DNA from: Pseudomonadota bacterium
Lineage (GTDB): Bacteria; Pseudomonadota; Alphaproteobacteria; UBA2136; UBA6156
Assembly: GCA_016125035.1 (NCBI GenBank)
Contig: WGMN01000001.1
Span: forward strand, 193,526 to 257,525
Reading direction: 5' to 3'
Length of the DNA: 64,000 bases
In this document: one piece after another, positions 46,709-55,916 of the stretch
How positions within the stretch are numbered: position 1 is the stretch's first letter
How the letters are laid out: every line of letters starts with the position of its first letter
Notes under the pieces: generated by a model
The model's input: the letters and a program-made list of their open reading frames with translations, nothing else
What the model was told of the DNA's origin: nothing
Databases searched by the model: none
Program-made: the position numbers and the translations under genes

Positions 46709-47361
46709 GCCAGCAGCCCCCCGACCAGCATGTGGCGCTTGGGCGGAAAGCCCGCGATACGCGTGTGGCCAAAGCCCGCCAGAGTGAGAGACTCCTTAAC
46801 CAGACGCGCGGCGCTGTAGGTGGCGAAGGTGCCTTGCGGGTGGGTGTGGTGGGCCACCTGGGCGATGAGGGAGGGCTGCCACAGTTGGGGATTTTTGCTG
46901 GGGCTGAAGCCATCGAGAAACCAGGCGTGGGCCGGCTGGGGTTGGGTGGAGATGCCTTGCGCGGCATTGCCGACAAACAGGTGCAGGGTGATGGTGGGAG
47001 AGACGGAAAACCGGTGCCAGCCGGGCGCGGGTGTGTAGGCCGCAAGGAAAGCCTGGCTGAGCGGCTGGAGGTGCTGCGGCATGGCCGTGTGGATGGCGGT
47101 GAGTTCCTGTGCGGAAAAAGGGAATTGCTCGTAGCTGATGAAGGTGAGTTGCGCGCCGTGGGGAGCGGTGGTTTGCCACAATTGGGCGGTGAGGAGGAAG
47201 TTGAGGCCGGTGCCAAAGCCGAGCTCGGCCACCGTGAAGGCCCCTGCCCCGGCAAAGCGTTGCGGCAGGTTGTTGCCTTGGAGGAAGACGTAAGCTTTTT
47301 CCGCCGCGCCGCCGCTGGCTGACCAGTAGTGATCATCAAACTGCGGGGAATAAGGGCGCAT
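46705..47361 (-). CDS. mnmD: tRNA mnm5s2U34 methyltransferase (stand-alone MnmC N-terminal domain)
   Basis: FDDHYWS, ELGFGTGLNF, WFLDGFSPSKNP and KRHML motifs. Confidence 0.9.
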   Translation of the reverse strand: MRPYSPQFDDHYWSASGGAAEKAYVFLQGNNLPQRFAGAGAFTVAELGFGTGLNFLLTAQLWQTTAPHGAQLTFISYEQFPFSAQELTAIHTAMPQHLQPLSQAFLAAYTPAPGWHRFSVSPTITLHLFVGNAAQGISTQPQPAHAWFLDGFSPSKNPQLWQPSLIAQVAHHTHPQGTFATYSAARLVKESLTLAGFGHTRIAGFPPKRHMLVGGLLA

Positions 47362-47429
47362 GGCCCATGGTAACGGGAGGAGAAGAATCATCATAGCTTC
47401 TTGATATGCTTGCGGCGACACTGAGGGCC

Positions 47430-49349
47430 ATGTTGGAGAGGATTACCCACCCGGCACGCCCGCGGCGTGCACGGCGCCACCACGGCCTGCTTTATATTGG
47501 CCTGGCGGTGCTGTTGCTGCTGGTGGCGCTGGCCGTGGCGGCGCAGGTGGGGGGGCTGACCTGGCCGGTGACGCACCTTGCCAGCGCGTTGAGCGGGCAC
47601 ACGGTGCGCGCGGAGGATGTATCGGCAAGGGTCTTCAGCGCCACCCCTTCTGTGACGGTGAAAGGCTTGCGGGTGGACGAGGCTTCATCCACCCGGCCGC
47701 TGGCCGAAGTGGGCCGCCTGCGCGTGGAGGTGAACCCGCTGGGGCTTATAAGTGCGCGCCCGCTGCTGCATGACGTGGAGATTGACCAGCCGAGCCTGAC
47801 CCTGGTGCGCAACGCCGACGGCAGCGCCAACTGGAAGAACGGCGGTGACACTGCGGTGCCGGTGCATCTGCCGGCGGTGCGCCACCTGAGCCTGAGTGAC
47901 GGTCATTTGACCTACAGCGATGCGGCGCACACCATGCGGTTGCAGGCGGTGTTTGCCTCCCGCGAAGAGAATGGGCGCGGTGGCGGGCGCTTTACGCTGA
48001 AGGGAGATGGGCAGTTGAACGGCAAGCCCTTTAGCCTTGATTTTGACGGCCCGGCCATGCTGGGTGTGCGGGCAGACGTGCCCTACGCCTTTAGCCTGGC
48101 GATGAAAGGTGGAAACACCGAACTGGATGCCAAAGGCCAAGTGCGCGAGCCTTTTGACCTGACCACCATTGACGCCGATGTGCGCGCGCGTGGACAGAAC
48201 CTTGCCGACCTTTACTATCTGACCGGTTTGGTGCTGCCGACCACCAAGCCGTACGAACTTTCACTTACCGTAGGCCAGCAGGGCAACCATGTGCGCCTGG
48301 ATAAAGTGGTGGGAAAAGTAGGCGGAAGTGACCTGAGCGGCGACCTGACCGTGGTGCTGGGCGGTGAGCGGCCGGTGTTGAAGGGCGCGTTGGTGTCTCA
48401 TGTGCTGGATGTGGCCGATGTGGGAATTTTGTTTGGGCCGACGCCCAACAGCGACAAGCTCTTCCCCACCAGCAAGATTGACGTGGAGCGCCTGCACGCC
48501 ATGGATGCCCAGGTGCATTACGCCGCAGACAGTTTGAACTTGAGTGTGGCGCTGCGCGAGGTTTCCACCACCATTAACCTGGACAACGGCCTGCTGAGGC
48601 TTGACCCGCTGGCGGTAACCCTGCCCCAGGGCCGGGTGGAAGGCACTTTTACGCTGGATGCGCGCGAAGCCACGCCCAACCTGAGTGTGGATGCGAAGCT
48701 GAGTGGAGCGCGGCTGGAGAGTTTCATCCCCGGCGTTGGCGGCACCACCGACAAGCCGCTGGAAGGGAACGTGGTGGCACGGGCACAGCTGGCGGGGCGG
48801 GGGGAGTCTGTCCACGACGCCATGGCCGCGGCACAGGGCAGCTTGACGCTGGTAGTGCCACACGGCGAGATACGCCAGGCCTTTGCCGAGCTGATGGGGA
48901 TTGATGTTGTCAACGCCTTGGGCCTGCTGGCCACCGGGAACACCCAAACCACCCAGGTGCGCTGCGGTGTAGCCAGCTTTAGCGGCGAGAACGGGGTGTT
49001 CCATGCCAACACCATTGTGCTGGATACCGGTGTGGTGCTGGCCGAAGGCAGCGGCAGCATTAACCTGGGCAGCGAGAAGATGGACTTGACCTTTAAAGGC
49101 CACCCCAAGCAGGCACGTGTGTTGCGGGTGGTGGCACCCGTGAAAGTAAGCGGGTTGCTGCGCAAACCCCAGGTTGGCGTGGATGTGGCCCAGGCCGGTG
49201 CGCAGGCAGGTGTGGCGGTGGCGCTGGGAGCGTTGTTGACCCCCATCGCCGGGATTTTGCCCTTTGTAGACCCCGGCCTGGCCGATGACGCGGATTGCAA
49301 AGAGTTATTAGCCCAGGCCCGGGCCAGCGGAAATTTACCGCGTAAATAG
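47430..49349 (+). CDS. AsmA family protein
   Basis: N-terminal TM; LVRNADGSANW and VGGSDLSG motifs; beta-rich repeats; RCGVASF...LDT. Confidence 0.85.
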   Translation: MLERITHPARPRRARRHHGLLYIGLAVLLLLVALAVAAQVGGLTWPVTHLASALSGHTVRAEDVSARVFSATPSVTVKGLRVDEASSTRPLAEVGRLRVEVNPLGLISARPLLHDVEIDQPSLTLVRNADGSANWKNGGDTAVPVHLPAVRHLSLSDGHLTYSDAAHTMRLQAVFASREENGRGGGRFTLKGDGQLNGKPFSLDFDGPAMLGVRADVPYAFSLAMKGGNTELDAKGQVREPFDLTTIDADVRARGQNLADLYYLTGLVLPTTKPYELSLTVGQQGNHVRLDKVVGKVGGSDLSGDLTVVLGGERPVLKGALVSHVLDVADVGILFGPTPNSDKLFPTSKIDVERLHAMDAQVHYAADSLNLSVALREVSTTINLDNGLLRLDPLAVTLPQGRVEGTFTLDAREATPNLSVDAKLSGARLESFIPGVGGTTDKPLEGNVVARAQLAGRGESVHDAMAAAQGSLTLVVPHGEIRQAFAELMGIDVVNALGLLATGNTQTTQVRCGVASFSGENGVFHANTIVLDTGVVLAEGSGSINLGSEKMDLTFKGHPKQARVLRVVAPVKVSGLLRKPQVGVDVAQAGAQAGVAVALGALLTPIAGILPFVDPGLADDADCKELLAQARASGNLPRK

Positions 49350-49361
49350 ATTGGGCGCGGT

Positions 49362-49436
49362 TGGTGCCTCCGCCCGGAATCGAACCGGGATTTAGAGCTT
49401 AGGAGGCTCTCGTCCTATCCATTGAACGACGGCGGC
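49362..49436 (-). tRNA. tRNA-Arg(CCT)
   Basis: Reverse strand reads GCCGCCG..CAATGGATAG..AGAGC-CTCCTAA-GCTCT..GTTCGATTC..ACCA. Confidence 0.93.
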
Positions 49437-49517
49437 TTGGGGGCTTTGTGGCCGACATGGGGCCGGTGGTCAAGGGCCAACTGGTCAACCGGCCGGGCTT
49501 TTGCTAGGGTGGCCGCC

Positions 49518-50285
49518 ATGGGGATGAGGTGCTTTGCGATTTTACTGGCTTTGGTCATGCCGTTGGCCGCCCATGCGGCGGTGCCGGCCAGCGGCCGGGT
49601 GGCCAAGGTGATTGACGGCGACACGGTGGTTTTGGCCAGCGGTGAGCATGTGCGCCTTTTGGACATAAACACGCCGGAGATTGGGCACGATGACGAACCG
49701 GATGAACCGGGTGCGCGTGCGGCCAGTGTGGCGCTGCGGAACATGGCGCTGGGCAAGGACGTGAAGCTGGTTTACGGCCCGCAGGAGTACGACCAGTATG
49801 GACGGCTTCTGGCGCATCTTTATTTACAGGACGGAAGTTGGGTGAATGGGGAGCTTGTGGCGCAAGGTTTGGCGCATATTTACACCTTTGGCGACAATGA
49901 ATTGAAAACCGCGCAGCTTTTGCCGCTGGAAGAGAAGGCGCGGGCAGAGAAAAAAGGGTTGTGGGCGCTGCCGCAATGGCGCGTGTTTGATGCGGCAAGT
50001 TGTTGTGGGGACGGGGAAATTGGGCGGTATATTCTGGTGAAAGGCAAGCCGTTGGCGGTGGTGGTTAAAAAGGATGAGACGTATTTTAACTTTGGGCCGG
50101 ATTTCCGCACTGATTTTACCGTGGAGGTGGAAAAGAAGGACATGCGCTGGTTCAAGAAAGCCGGAATTAAGGATTTGGCGGCTTATTATGGCGGCAAGGA
50201 GCTGCTGGTGCGCGGCAAAACCGCGCCGGTGAACGGCGTTTTGATGCGGGTGACGCACCCCGCGCAGATTGAAATTGTGGAATGA
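49518..50285 (+). CDS. Secreted thermonuclease (SNase-like) with a C-terminal extra domain
   Basis: VIDGDT, VRLLDINTPE, DQYGRLLA and KKGLW motifs. Confidence 0.9.
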   Translation: MGMRCFAILLALVMPLAAHAAVPASGRVAKVIDGDTVVLASGEHVRLLDINTPEIGHDDEPDEPGARAASVALRNMALGKDVKLVYGPQEYDQYGRLLAHLYLQDGSWVNGELVAQGLAHIYTFGDNELKTAQLLPLEEKARAEKKGLWALPQWRVFDAASCCGDGEIGRYILVKGKPLAVVVKKDETYFNFGPDFRTDFTVEVEKKDMRWFKKAGIKDLAAYYGGKELLVRGKTAPVNGVLMRVTHPAQIEIVE

Positions 50286-50289
50286 TATC

Positions 50290-52998
50290 ATGGCAGTAGC
50301 GGATAGCCCGGTGATGAAGCAATACCAGGCGGTGAAGGCACAGTACCCGGATGCGGTGGTGATGTTTCGCATGGGAGATTTTTACGAGATGTTTGGGCCG
50401 GATGCTTTGCAAGCATCTGAAATACTGGGGATAACTTTGACCAAGCGGCGCACCGCGCAGGCGGGAGATGAGGGCGTGCCGATGTGTGGCGTGCCCTACC
50501 ATGCAGGTGAGGGGTATATTGGCAAGTTGTTGAAACATGGCGTGAAAGTTGCGCTGGCCGAGCAGGTGGAGAGCCCTGAGGCGGCCAAAAAAGCGCGGGG
50601 TTCCGCCGCCATTGTGCGGCGGGAGGTGGTGCGGCTTTATACGCCGGGGACGCTGACGGAAGAGGCTTATCTGGTTGATAAGACGCCAAGTTATTTAGTG
50701 ACGGTGTGTGACGACAGAGGGGCGGCAAAAGGCGGCGAAACGCTGCAAAACGCTGCAGTGGAGCGGCAAAAAGGCGGCAACGGCGCGGCGGCAGGCGGCG
50801 GAACACTGCAAAGCGCGGCGGCGCGCTGGGAAGGTGTGGTGGCGTGGCTGGATGTTTCCACCGGAGAAGTGGGGTGGCGCAGTGTGACCGGCGCGAGTTT
50901 GCCGCAGGTGCTGGCGGCGCTGCCGGTGGGCGAGACGGTGGTGCCGGGCACGCTGGAAGACACCGTGTGCGCGTGGCTGCCGCGGCGCCAGGTGAGTGTG
51001 CATGACGGCTTGTTTGCGCGCAGCAGCGCGGAGAGTGCCCTGGCGCGGGCTTATGGTGTGCAGGAAGTGGGTGGATTAGGCCTGACCAGCCCCCACGCAG
51101 TGCAGGCGGTGGGCGCGCTGGTGGGTTATGCCGAATTGACGCAGATGGGCAAGTTGCCGCGCCTGATGAACCCGCGCGAGGTGAGTGGGCGCGCGCGGCT
51201 GGCGATGGATGTTTCCACGCGCAGGAATTTGGAACTGACCGAGAGTTTAAGTGGGCGGCGTGCCGACAGTTTGCTGGGTGTGCTGGACCGCACCGTGACC
51301 AGTGCGGGCGGGCGTTTGCTGGGGCGTTGGGTGGCCGAGCCGTTGGCGAATGTGGGAGAGATAAAGGCGCGGCAGAATGCCGTGGGTGTGCTGGGGCAGG
51401 GTGACAGGGTCTCAGGATCTCAGGATCTCAGGGGGCGGGTGCGGGAGTTGCTGAAGGACACCGGCGATGTGGCGCGTTGTGTGAGCCGGTTGTTGCTGGG
51501 GCGTGGCGGACCAAGGGACCTGGCGGTGTTGCGCGGCACCGGTGCGGTGCTGCCGGAGCTGGCCAAGGTGTTGCAAGGATGCGAAGGATTGCTGGCTGAG
51601 CAGGCGGTTGGGCTGAACGGATTGGGCGAGCTGACCGCGTTGCTGGAACGCGCGCTGGCGGATGACCCCCTGCCCGCGCTGGTGCGCGATGGTGGGTTTA
51701 TCCGCGAGGGGTTTGACGGGGAGTTGGACGGCTACCGCAAACTTTCCACCGATGGCAATGCGTTGCTGGCGGCACTGGAAGAAAAGGAAGCGCGCGGTTG
51801 CGGCATGGGGGCCAAACTGCGTTTTAACCAGGTGTGGGGGTATTATCTGGAAGTGACCAAGGTGCAGATGGGCGGGGGGAAAACCCCTGACCATTGGGTG
51901 CACCGCCAGACCACCACGCAAACCCACCGCTACACCACGCCGGAATTGATGGTGTTGGAGCGCGAGCTGGGCAGCGCCGGGGCCAAGGTGCAGCGGCGCG
52001 AAGAAGAGCTTCTGGCCGAACTTTTGGAAGCGGTGAAGGCAGCCAGTTATGCGCTGCTGGCGGCGAGTGAGGCGTTGGCGGTGCTGGATGTGGTGGCCAC
52101 GCTGGCCGAGGTGGCGGTGCGGCTGGGCTGGATTTGCCCGCTGGTGGATGACAGCGAGGCCTTTGCGGTTGAGGGCGGCAAGCACCCGGTGGTGGCCGCG
52201 CGGGTGAGCGATTTTGTGGCCAACGGTTGCGACTTGAGTGGTGGCCAGTTGTGGTTGCTGACCGGCCCGAACATGGCGGGGAAGAGCACTTTTCTGCGCC
52301 AGAATGCGTTGATCCTGATCCTGGCGCAGATGGGGAGCTTCGTGCCCGCAGTGAAGGCGCATGTGGGCGTGGCGGATGCGGTGTTCTCCCGCATTGGTGC
52401 GGCGGATGACTTGGCCGCCGGGCAGAGTACGTTCATGGTGGAGATGGTGGAGACCGCGGCGATTTTGAACCGTGCGACCAGCCGCAGTTTGGTGATTTTA
52501 GACGAGTTGGGGCGGGGCACCGCCACCTATGACGGGTTGGCGATCGCGTGGGCGTGTGTGGAAGACGTGGCCGGGCGCATTGGTTGCCGCACGCTGTTTG
52601 CCACCCACTACCATGAGCTGACGGCGTTGCAGGCGACGTTGGAGCGCGTGAGTTGCTGGCAAGTGGCGGTGCGGGAATGGAAGGGGGAAATTGTTTTCCT
52701 CCACGAGGTGAAGCCTGGTGCGGCGGCGGGGAGTTACGGTGTGCAGGTGGCGAAGCTGGCGGGGGTTCCGCAGGGTGTGGTGGCGCGGGCACAGGGGTTG
52801 CTGGATGGATTTTTGAAAGTGGCGCATGGGCGGGGAGTGGCGCGCGTGGATGAGCTGAGTTTGTTTGCCGCGCCGGTGCGTGCGGCGGCGCGTGAGGAGA
52901 ATGAGATTGAGAAGCGGTTGAAGGGGATGGATGTGGATGGGTTGAGTGCGCGCGAGGCGCTGGAGGAGCTTTACCGGTTGCGGGGGATGGTGAATTGA
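50290..52998 (+). CDS. mutS: DNA mismatch repair protein MutS
   Basis: FRMGDFYEMF, TGPNMAGKST, STFMVEM, DELGRGT and FATHYHEL motifs. Confidence 0.97.
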   Translation: MAVADSPVMKQYQAVKAQYPDAVVMFRMGDFYEMFGPDALQASEILGITLTKRRTAQAGDEGVPMCGVPYHAGEGYIGKLLKHGVKVALAEQVESPEAAKKARGSAAIVRREVVRLYTPGTLTEEAYLVDKTPSYLVTVCDDRGAAKGGETLQNAAVERQKGGNGAAAGGGTLQSAAARWEGVVAWLDVSTGEVGWRSVTGASLPQVLAALPVGETVVPGTLEDTVCAWLPRRQVSVHDGLFARSSAESALARAYGVQEVGGLGLTSPHAVQAVGALVGYAELTQMGKLPRLMNPREVSGRARLAMDVSTRRNLELTESLSGRRADSLLGVLDRTVTSAGGRLLGRWVAEPLANVGEIKARQNAVGVLGQGDRVSGSQDLRGRVRELLKDTGDVARCVSRLLLGRGGPRDLAVLRGTGAVLPELAKVLQGCEGLLAEQAVGLNGLGELTALLERALADDPLPALVRDGGFIREGFDGELDGYRKLSTDGNALLAALEEKEARGCGMGAKLRFNQVWGYYLEVTKVQMGGGKTPDHWVHRQTTTQTHRYTTPELMVLERELGSAGAKVQRREEELLAELLEAVKAASYALLAASEALAVLDVVATLAEVAVRLGWICPLVDDSEAFAVEGGKHPVVAARVSDFVANGCDLSGGQLWLLTGPNMAGKSTFLRQNALILILAQMGSFVPAVKAHVGVADAVFSRIGAADDLAAGQSTFMVEMVETAAILNRATSRSLVILDELGRGTATYDGLAIAWACVEDVAGRIGCRTLFATHYHELTALQATLERVSCWQVAVREWKGEIVFLHEVKPGAAAGSYGVQVAKLAGVPQGVVARAQGLLDGFLKVAHGRGVARVDELSLFAAPVRAAAREENEIEKRLKGMDVDGLSAREALEELYRLRGMVN
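50721..50822 (+). repeat. About 10-bp-period repeat insertion in mutS
   Basis: ggcggcaaaa ggcggcgaaa cgctgcaaaa cgctgcagtg...; 22/24 identity with 17299-17322. Confidence 0.7.
51395..51434 (+). repeat. Octamer tandem array inside mutS
   Basis: ggcagggt gacagggt ctcaggat ctcaggat ctcagggg. Confidence 0.75.
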
Positions 52999-53046
52999 AA
53001 ACGGCCGCCACGAGGGCGGCCGGTTCCAAAATTGGTCCCGTAATTT

Positions 53047-53430
53047 CTACGGATTCTTTTTTATTGAGGCTGCAAGCTCTTTGAGAGCTTTTATTTCCCA
53101 CTCAAGGTGCCTCTGAACCTTGCACGAATCGATGAGGATTTCGGATTCGGGAGTTGGCCCATCGCGACCAGGAGCAGAAATGCACCCCACCGCAAAATTT
53201 ATGTAAGCGCTGCTATATATCTCCCCGCGAAGAGAGGAATAGCGGCAAGCTTTGTACTCTGATTCCGCGATTTCGAACGCAGCAATGCAGCGTAAAGGAA
53301 TTGAAGAAAGACTACCCGGCGATTTGCCGGAGGCTTGGGCGGCAAAATCGAGCAGGGGGCCGGCCTGCGCGGGGAACAAAAGCGCGCCCGAGAGTAAAAA
53401 AATGGCAGCAACCTGCTTAAACTTCAGCAT
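53047..53430 (-). CDS. Hypothetical secreted protein (4 Cys)
   Basis: Signal peptide ending AQA; AAAGGA SD; AT-richer than its neighbours. Confidence 0.65.
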   Translation of the reverse strand: MLKFKQVAAIFLLSGALLFPAQAGPLLDFAAQASGKSPGSLSSIPLRCIAAFEIAESEYKACRYSSLRGEIYSSAYINFAVGCISAPGRDGPTPESEILIDSCKVQRHLEWEIKALKELAASIKKNP

Positions 53431-53604
53431 GTCATTTCCTTTCAGCCCCGGAGGGCTTTTCTGGTGTGAAAAACCCTCTTTGGGCCGTTGAAAAGGCACA
53501 AATTATGGCTGGTATACATGCTGAGGGCTCGCTTGGCAAGGAGACTTTAGCCTGCCCCTGAAGCGTTAGACAAACCCCTGGAATTCATTCTATCTTGCTG
53601 GCTC

Positions 53605-55227
53605 ATGGCGATTTTGAAGAATTCGGTGATTGTTTCCGTGTGGACGGTGGTGAGCCGTTGGCTTGGGTTTGCGCGGGACTTGCTGATCGCCAACAAGCTG
53701 GGGGCGACGGATGCGGCGGACGCCTTTTTTATTGCGTTGATGCTGCCGAACTTGTTCCGCAGATTGTTTGCCGAAGGGGCTTTTAATGTGGCGTTCGTGC
53801 CGATTTTGGCGCGGCACAAGGGGGTAAGCCAGGAAGAAGCGATGCGCTTTGCCAACGCGGCCTTTAGCTGGCTGCTGCTGGTGGTGAGTATGGTGACGGT
53901 GGCAGGCGTGATCTTCATGCCCGTGCTGGTGATGGTGCTGGCCAGTGGCTACGCCGCCCTGCCCGCCAAGTTTGCGCTGGCGGTGGAGCTGGGGAGGATC
54001 TGCTTCCCGTATTTGGGGCTGATTACCGTGGCGGCTTTTTTGGGCGCGCTGTGCAACACCTTTGGCAAGTTCGCCGCTTATGCGATGGTGCCGGCGTTGT
54101 TGAATATTTCCATTTTAGTGTGTTTGTTTGCGCTGCCCGGGATGGGCGCCGACCCGGCGTGGGCGGCGGCGTGGAGCATACCTCTGGGAGGGATCGCGCA
54201 GGTGGCCTACATGCTGTGGGCGGCGCGGCGGCTGGGGCTGGACCTGACCCTGGCGTGGTTGCCCAGGCACGCAGACCTGCGCACGTTGCTGGTGCGTTTG
54301 GGGCCCGCGGTGGTGGGAGTGGGCGTGCTGCAGCTTTCCATCATTATTGACAACAGTGTGGCCAGCCACCTGCCCGGCACCGCCGTGACCTACTTGCAGT
54401 TTGCCAACCGTTTTTACCAGCTTCCGCTGAGCGTGGTGGGCATTGCGGTGGCCACCGTGCTGTTGCCCGAATTGGCGGTGCTGCTGGGCAAGGGCGACAA
54501 GAAACAGGCGGCCAGCACCTTTACCGATGCCCTGGCAGGGTGTTTGGTGATTGCGCTGGGCGCGGCGGTGGGGATGTTTATTTTAGCGCCGGAGATGATG
54601 GAGGTATCGCTGGCGCACGGGGCCTTTACCCCCGAGGCGGCGCGGATGAGCGCGTGGGCGATGATGGCGTTTGTGGCAGGGTTGCCGGCCTACATTGTGA
54701 CCAAGGTGACCGCGCCGGCGTTTTTTGCCAGCGGCGACCCGGTGCGCCCGGTGAAGGCCAGCGCCGTGGCGCTGGGGGTGAACCTGGTGATGAACATTAC
54801 CGTGCTGCTGCTGGCACAGCGTTATGGCTTTGAGAATGTGGCGCACGTGGGGATTGCGGCCTCCACCGCCGTGGGCGGCTACGCCAACGCCGCCTTGCAG
54901 TGGCATTGGCTGAACCAGCGCGGCGTGCTGGAGATTGACCGGCCCAAGTTTGGCCGCGATGTGGTGAAGATGCTGGGTGTGGCGGGGGCGTTGGCAGTGG
55001 TGCTGGTGTTGGGGAAAGTCTTCCTCCCCTACAATGCGGACTGGTTGCTGGTGGTGCGGATTGTATGGCTGGGTGCGATGATGGCGGTGGGCGGAGCGGT
55101 GTTTGCCGGGGCGCTGGAAGTGAGCGGGCTGATTAGCCTGCGCGCGCTGGCCCGGCGGGTGCGCAACCGGCGCAAGGTTACTTTGCCCGGCGCGGCTTCT
55201 GGTGGTTCCGGCGGGGCGGCGCTTTAG
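53605..55227 (+). CDS. murJ: Lipid II flippase MurJ (MviN)
   Basis: SRWLGFARD, PNLFRRLFAEGAF and ANRFYQLP motifs. Confidence 0.96.
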   Translation: MAILKNSVIVSVWTVVSRWLGFARDLLIANKLGATDAADAFFIALMLPNLFRRLFAEGAFNVAFVPILARHKGVSQEEAMRFANAAFSWLLLVVSMVTVAGVIFMPVLVMVLASGYAALPAKFALAVELGRICFPYLGLITVAAFLGALCNTFGKFAAYAMVPALLNISILVCLFALPGMGADPAWAAAWSIPLGGIAQVAYMLWAARRLGLDLTLAWLPRHADLRTLLVRLGPAVVGVGVLQLSIIIDNSVASHLPGTAVTYLQFANRFYQLPLSVVGIAVATVLLPELAVLLGKGDKKQAASTFTDALAGCLVIALGAAVGMFILAPEMMEVSLAHGAFTPEAARMSAWAMMAFVAGLPAYIVTKVTAPAFFASGDPVRPVKASAVALGVNLVMNITVLLLAQRYGFENVAHVGIAASTAVGGYANAALQWHWLNQRGVLEIDRPKFGRDVVKMLGVAGALAVVLVLGKVFLPYNADWLLVVRIVWLGAMMAVGGAVFAGALEVSGLISLRALARRVRNRRKVTLPGAASGGSGGAAL

Positions 55228-55852
55228 GTTTGAAGGCGGCCCAGCCGCCAAGCAGGGCCAGGATGACCGCCATGGCCAGCCACTGGATGGCGTAGCTGAG
55301 GTGGCGCAAGGGCAAAGGCAGGGCCGGCGGTTGCGCGACGGTGATGCCAGGTGTGGGGGTGGTGGTGAAGAGGTAGCTGGGGCCTAAAGTGGCGCTGGTG
55401 ATGAGACTGGGGTTGAGGAAGGCAAGGAGTTTGGGGTTGGTGGTGATATCGGGCCCGTGGAGCCAGCCGTGGCGTTGGGGAAAAGGTTGCGGAATGCCCT
55501 GCAAGGTGACGGTGCCGGAGGTGGTGAAAGAGGTGAAATCAGGGGCGGAAAGCGGCGAAGGGGTGGCGGGGGACCAGCCGCGGTCGATAAGCAGGGTGCC
55601 GGACGCGGCGGTGAGCGGTGTGAGGATGCGCCAGCCGATCTGCTCGGCGTTTTGGGGGTTGGGGCTGTTGGTGAGAGCCACGGTTTGGCCGTTGGCGAAA
55701 GTGCCGGTGACGGTGGTGGGCGGGCGGGCGGAAAATTCCGCCGCCTGGGCCAGGCGCTGGTGGTAGCGCGACCATTGCCAGTGGGCCAGGGCCAGCAGGG
55801 AGGCCTGTGCCGCGAGGAAGGCACAAAGCAGAAAAAGCTGTTTGCAGCGCAT
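55178..55852 (-). CDS. surf1: SURF1/Shy1-like cytochrome oxidase biogenesis protein
   Basis: TM followed by WQWSR, ILTPL, IDRGW and HLSYAIQW, then a second TM. Confidence 0.8.
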   Translation of the reverse strand: MRCKQLFLLCAFLAAQASLLALAHWQWSRYHQRLAQAAEFSARPPTTVTGTFANGQTVALTNSPNPQNAEQIGWRILTPLTAASGTLLIDRGWSPATPSPLSAPDFTSFTTSGTVTLQGIPQPFPQRHGWLHGPDITTNPKLLAFLNPSLITSATLGPSYLFTTTPTPGITVAQPPALPLPLRHLSYAIQWLAMAVILALLGGWAAFKPKAPPRRNHQKPRRAK

Positions 55853-55916
55853 GACGTACGTTGAGACATCTGCCAAGCTGTGGCAAGCTTACACAACAAA
55901 ATTTGAAGGGGAAGCC

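Noticed and set aside
55850..55853. Shared CATG giving overlapping head-to-head start codons for surf1 and the AI-2E gene
   Set aside because: An in-frame TTG at 55917 has a good SD and sits just before the first TM helix, so it is the more plausible AI-2E start.
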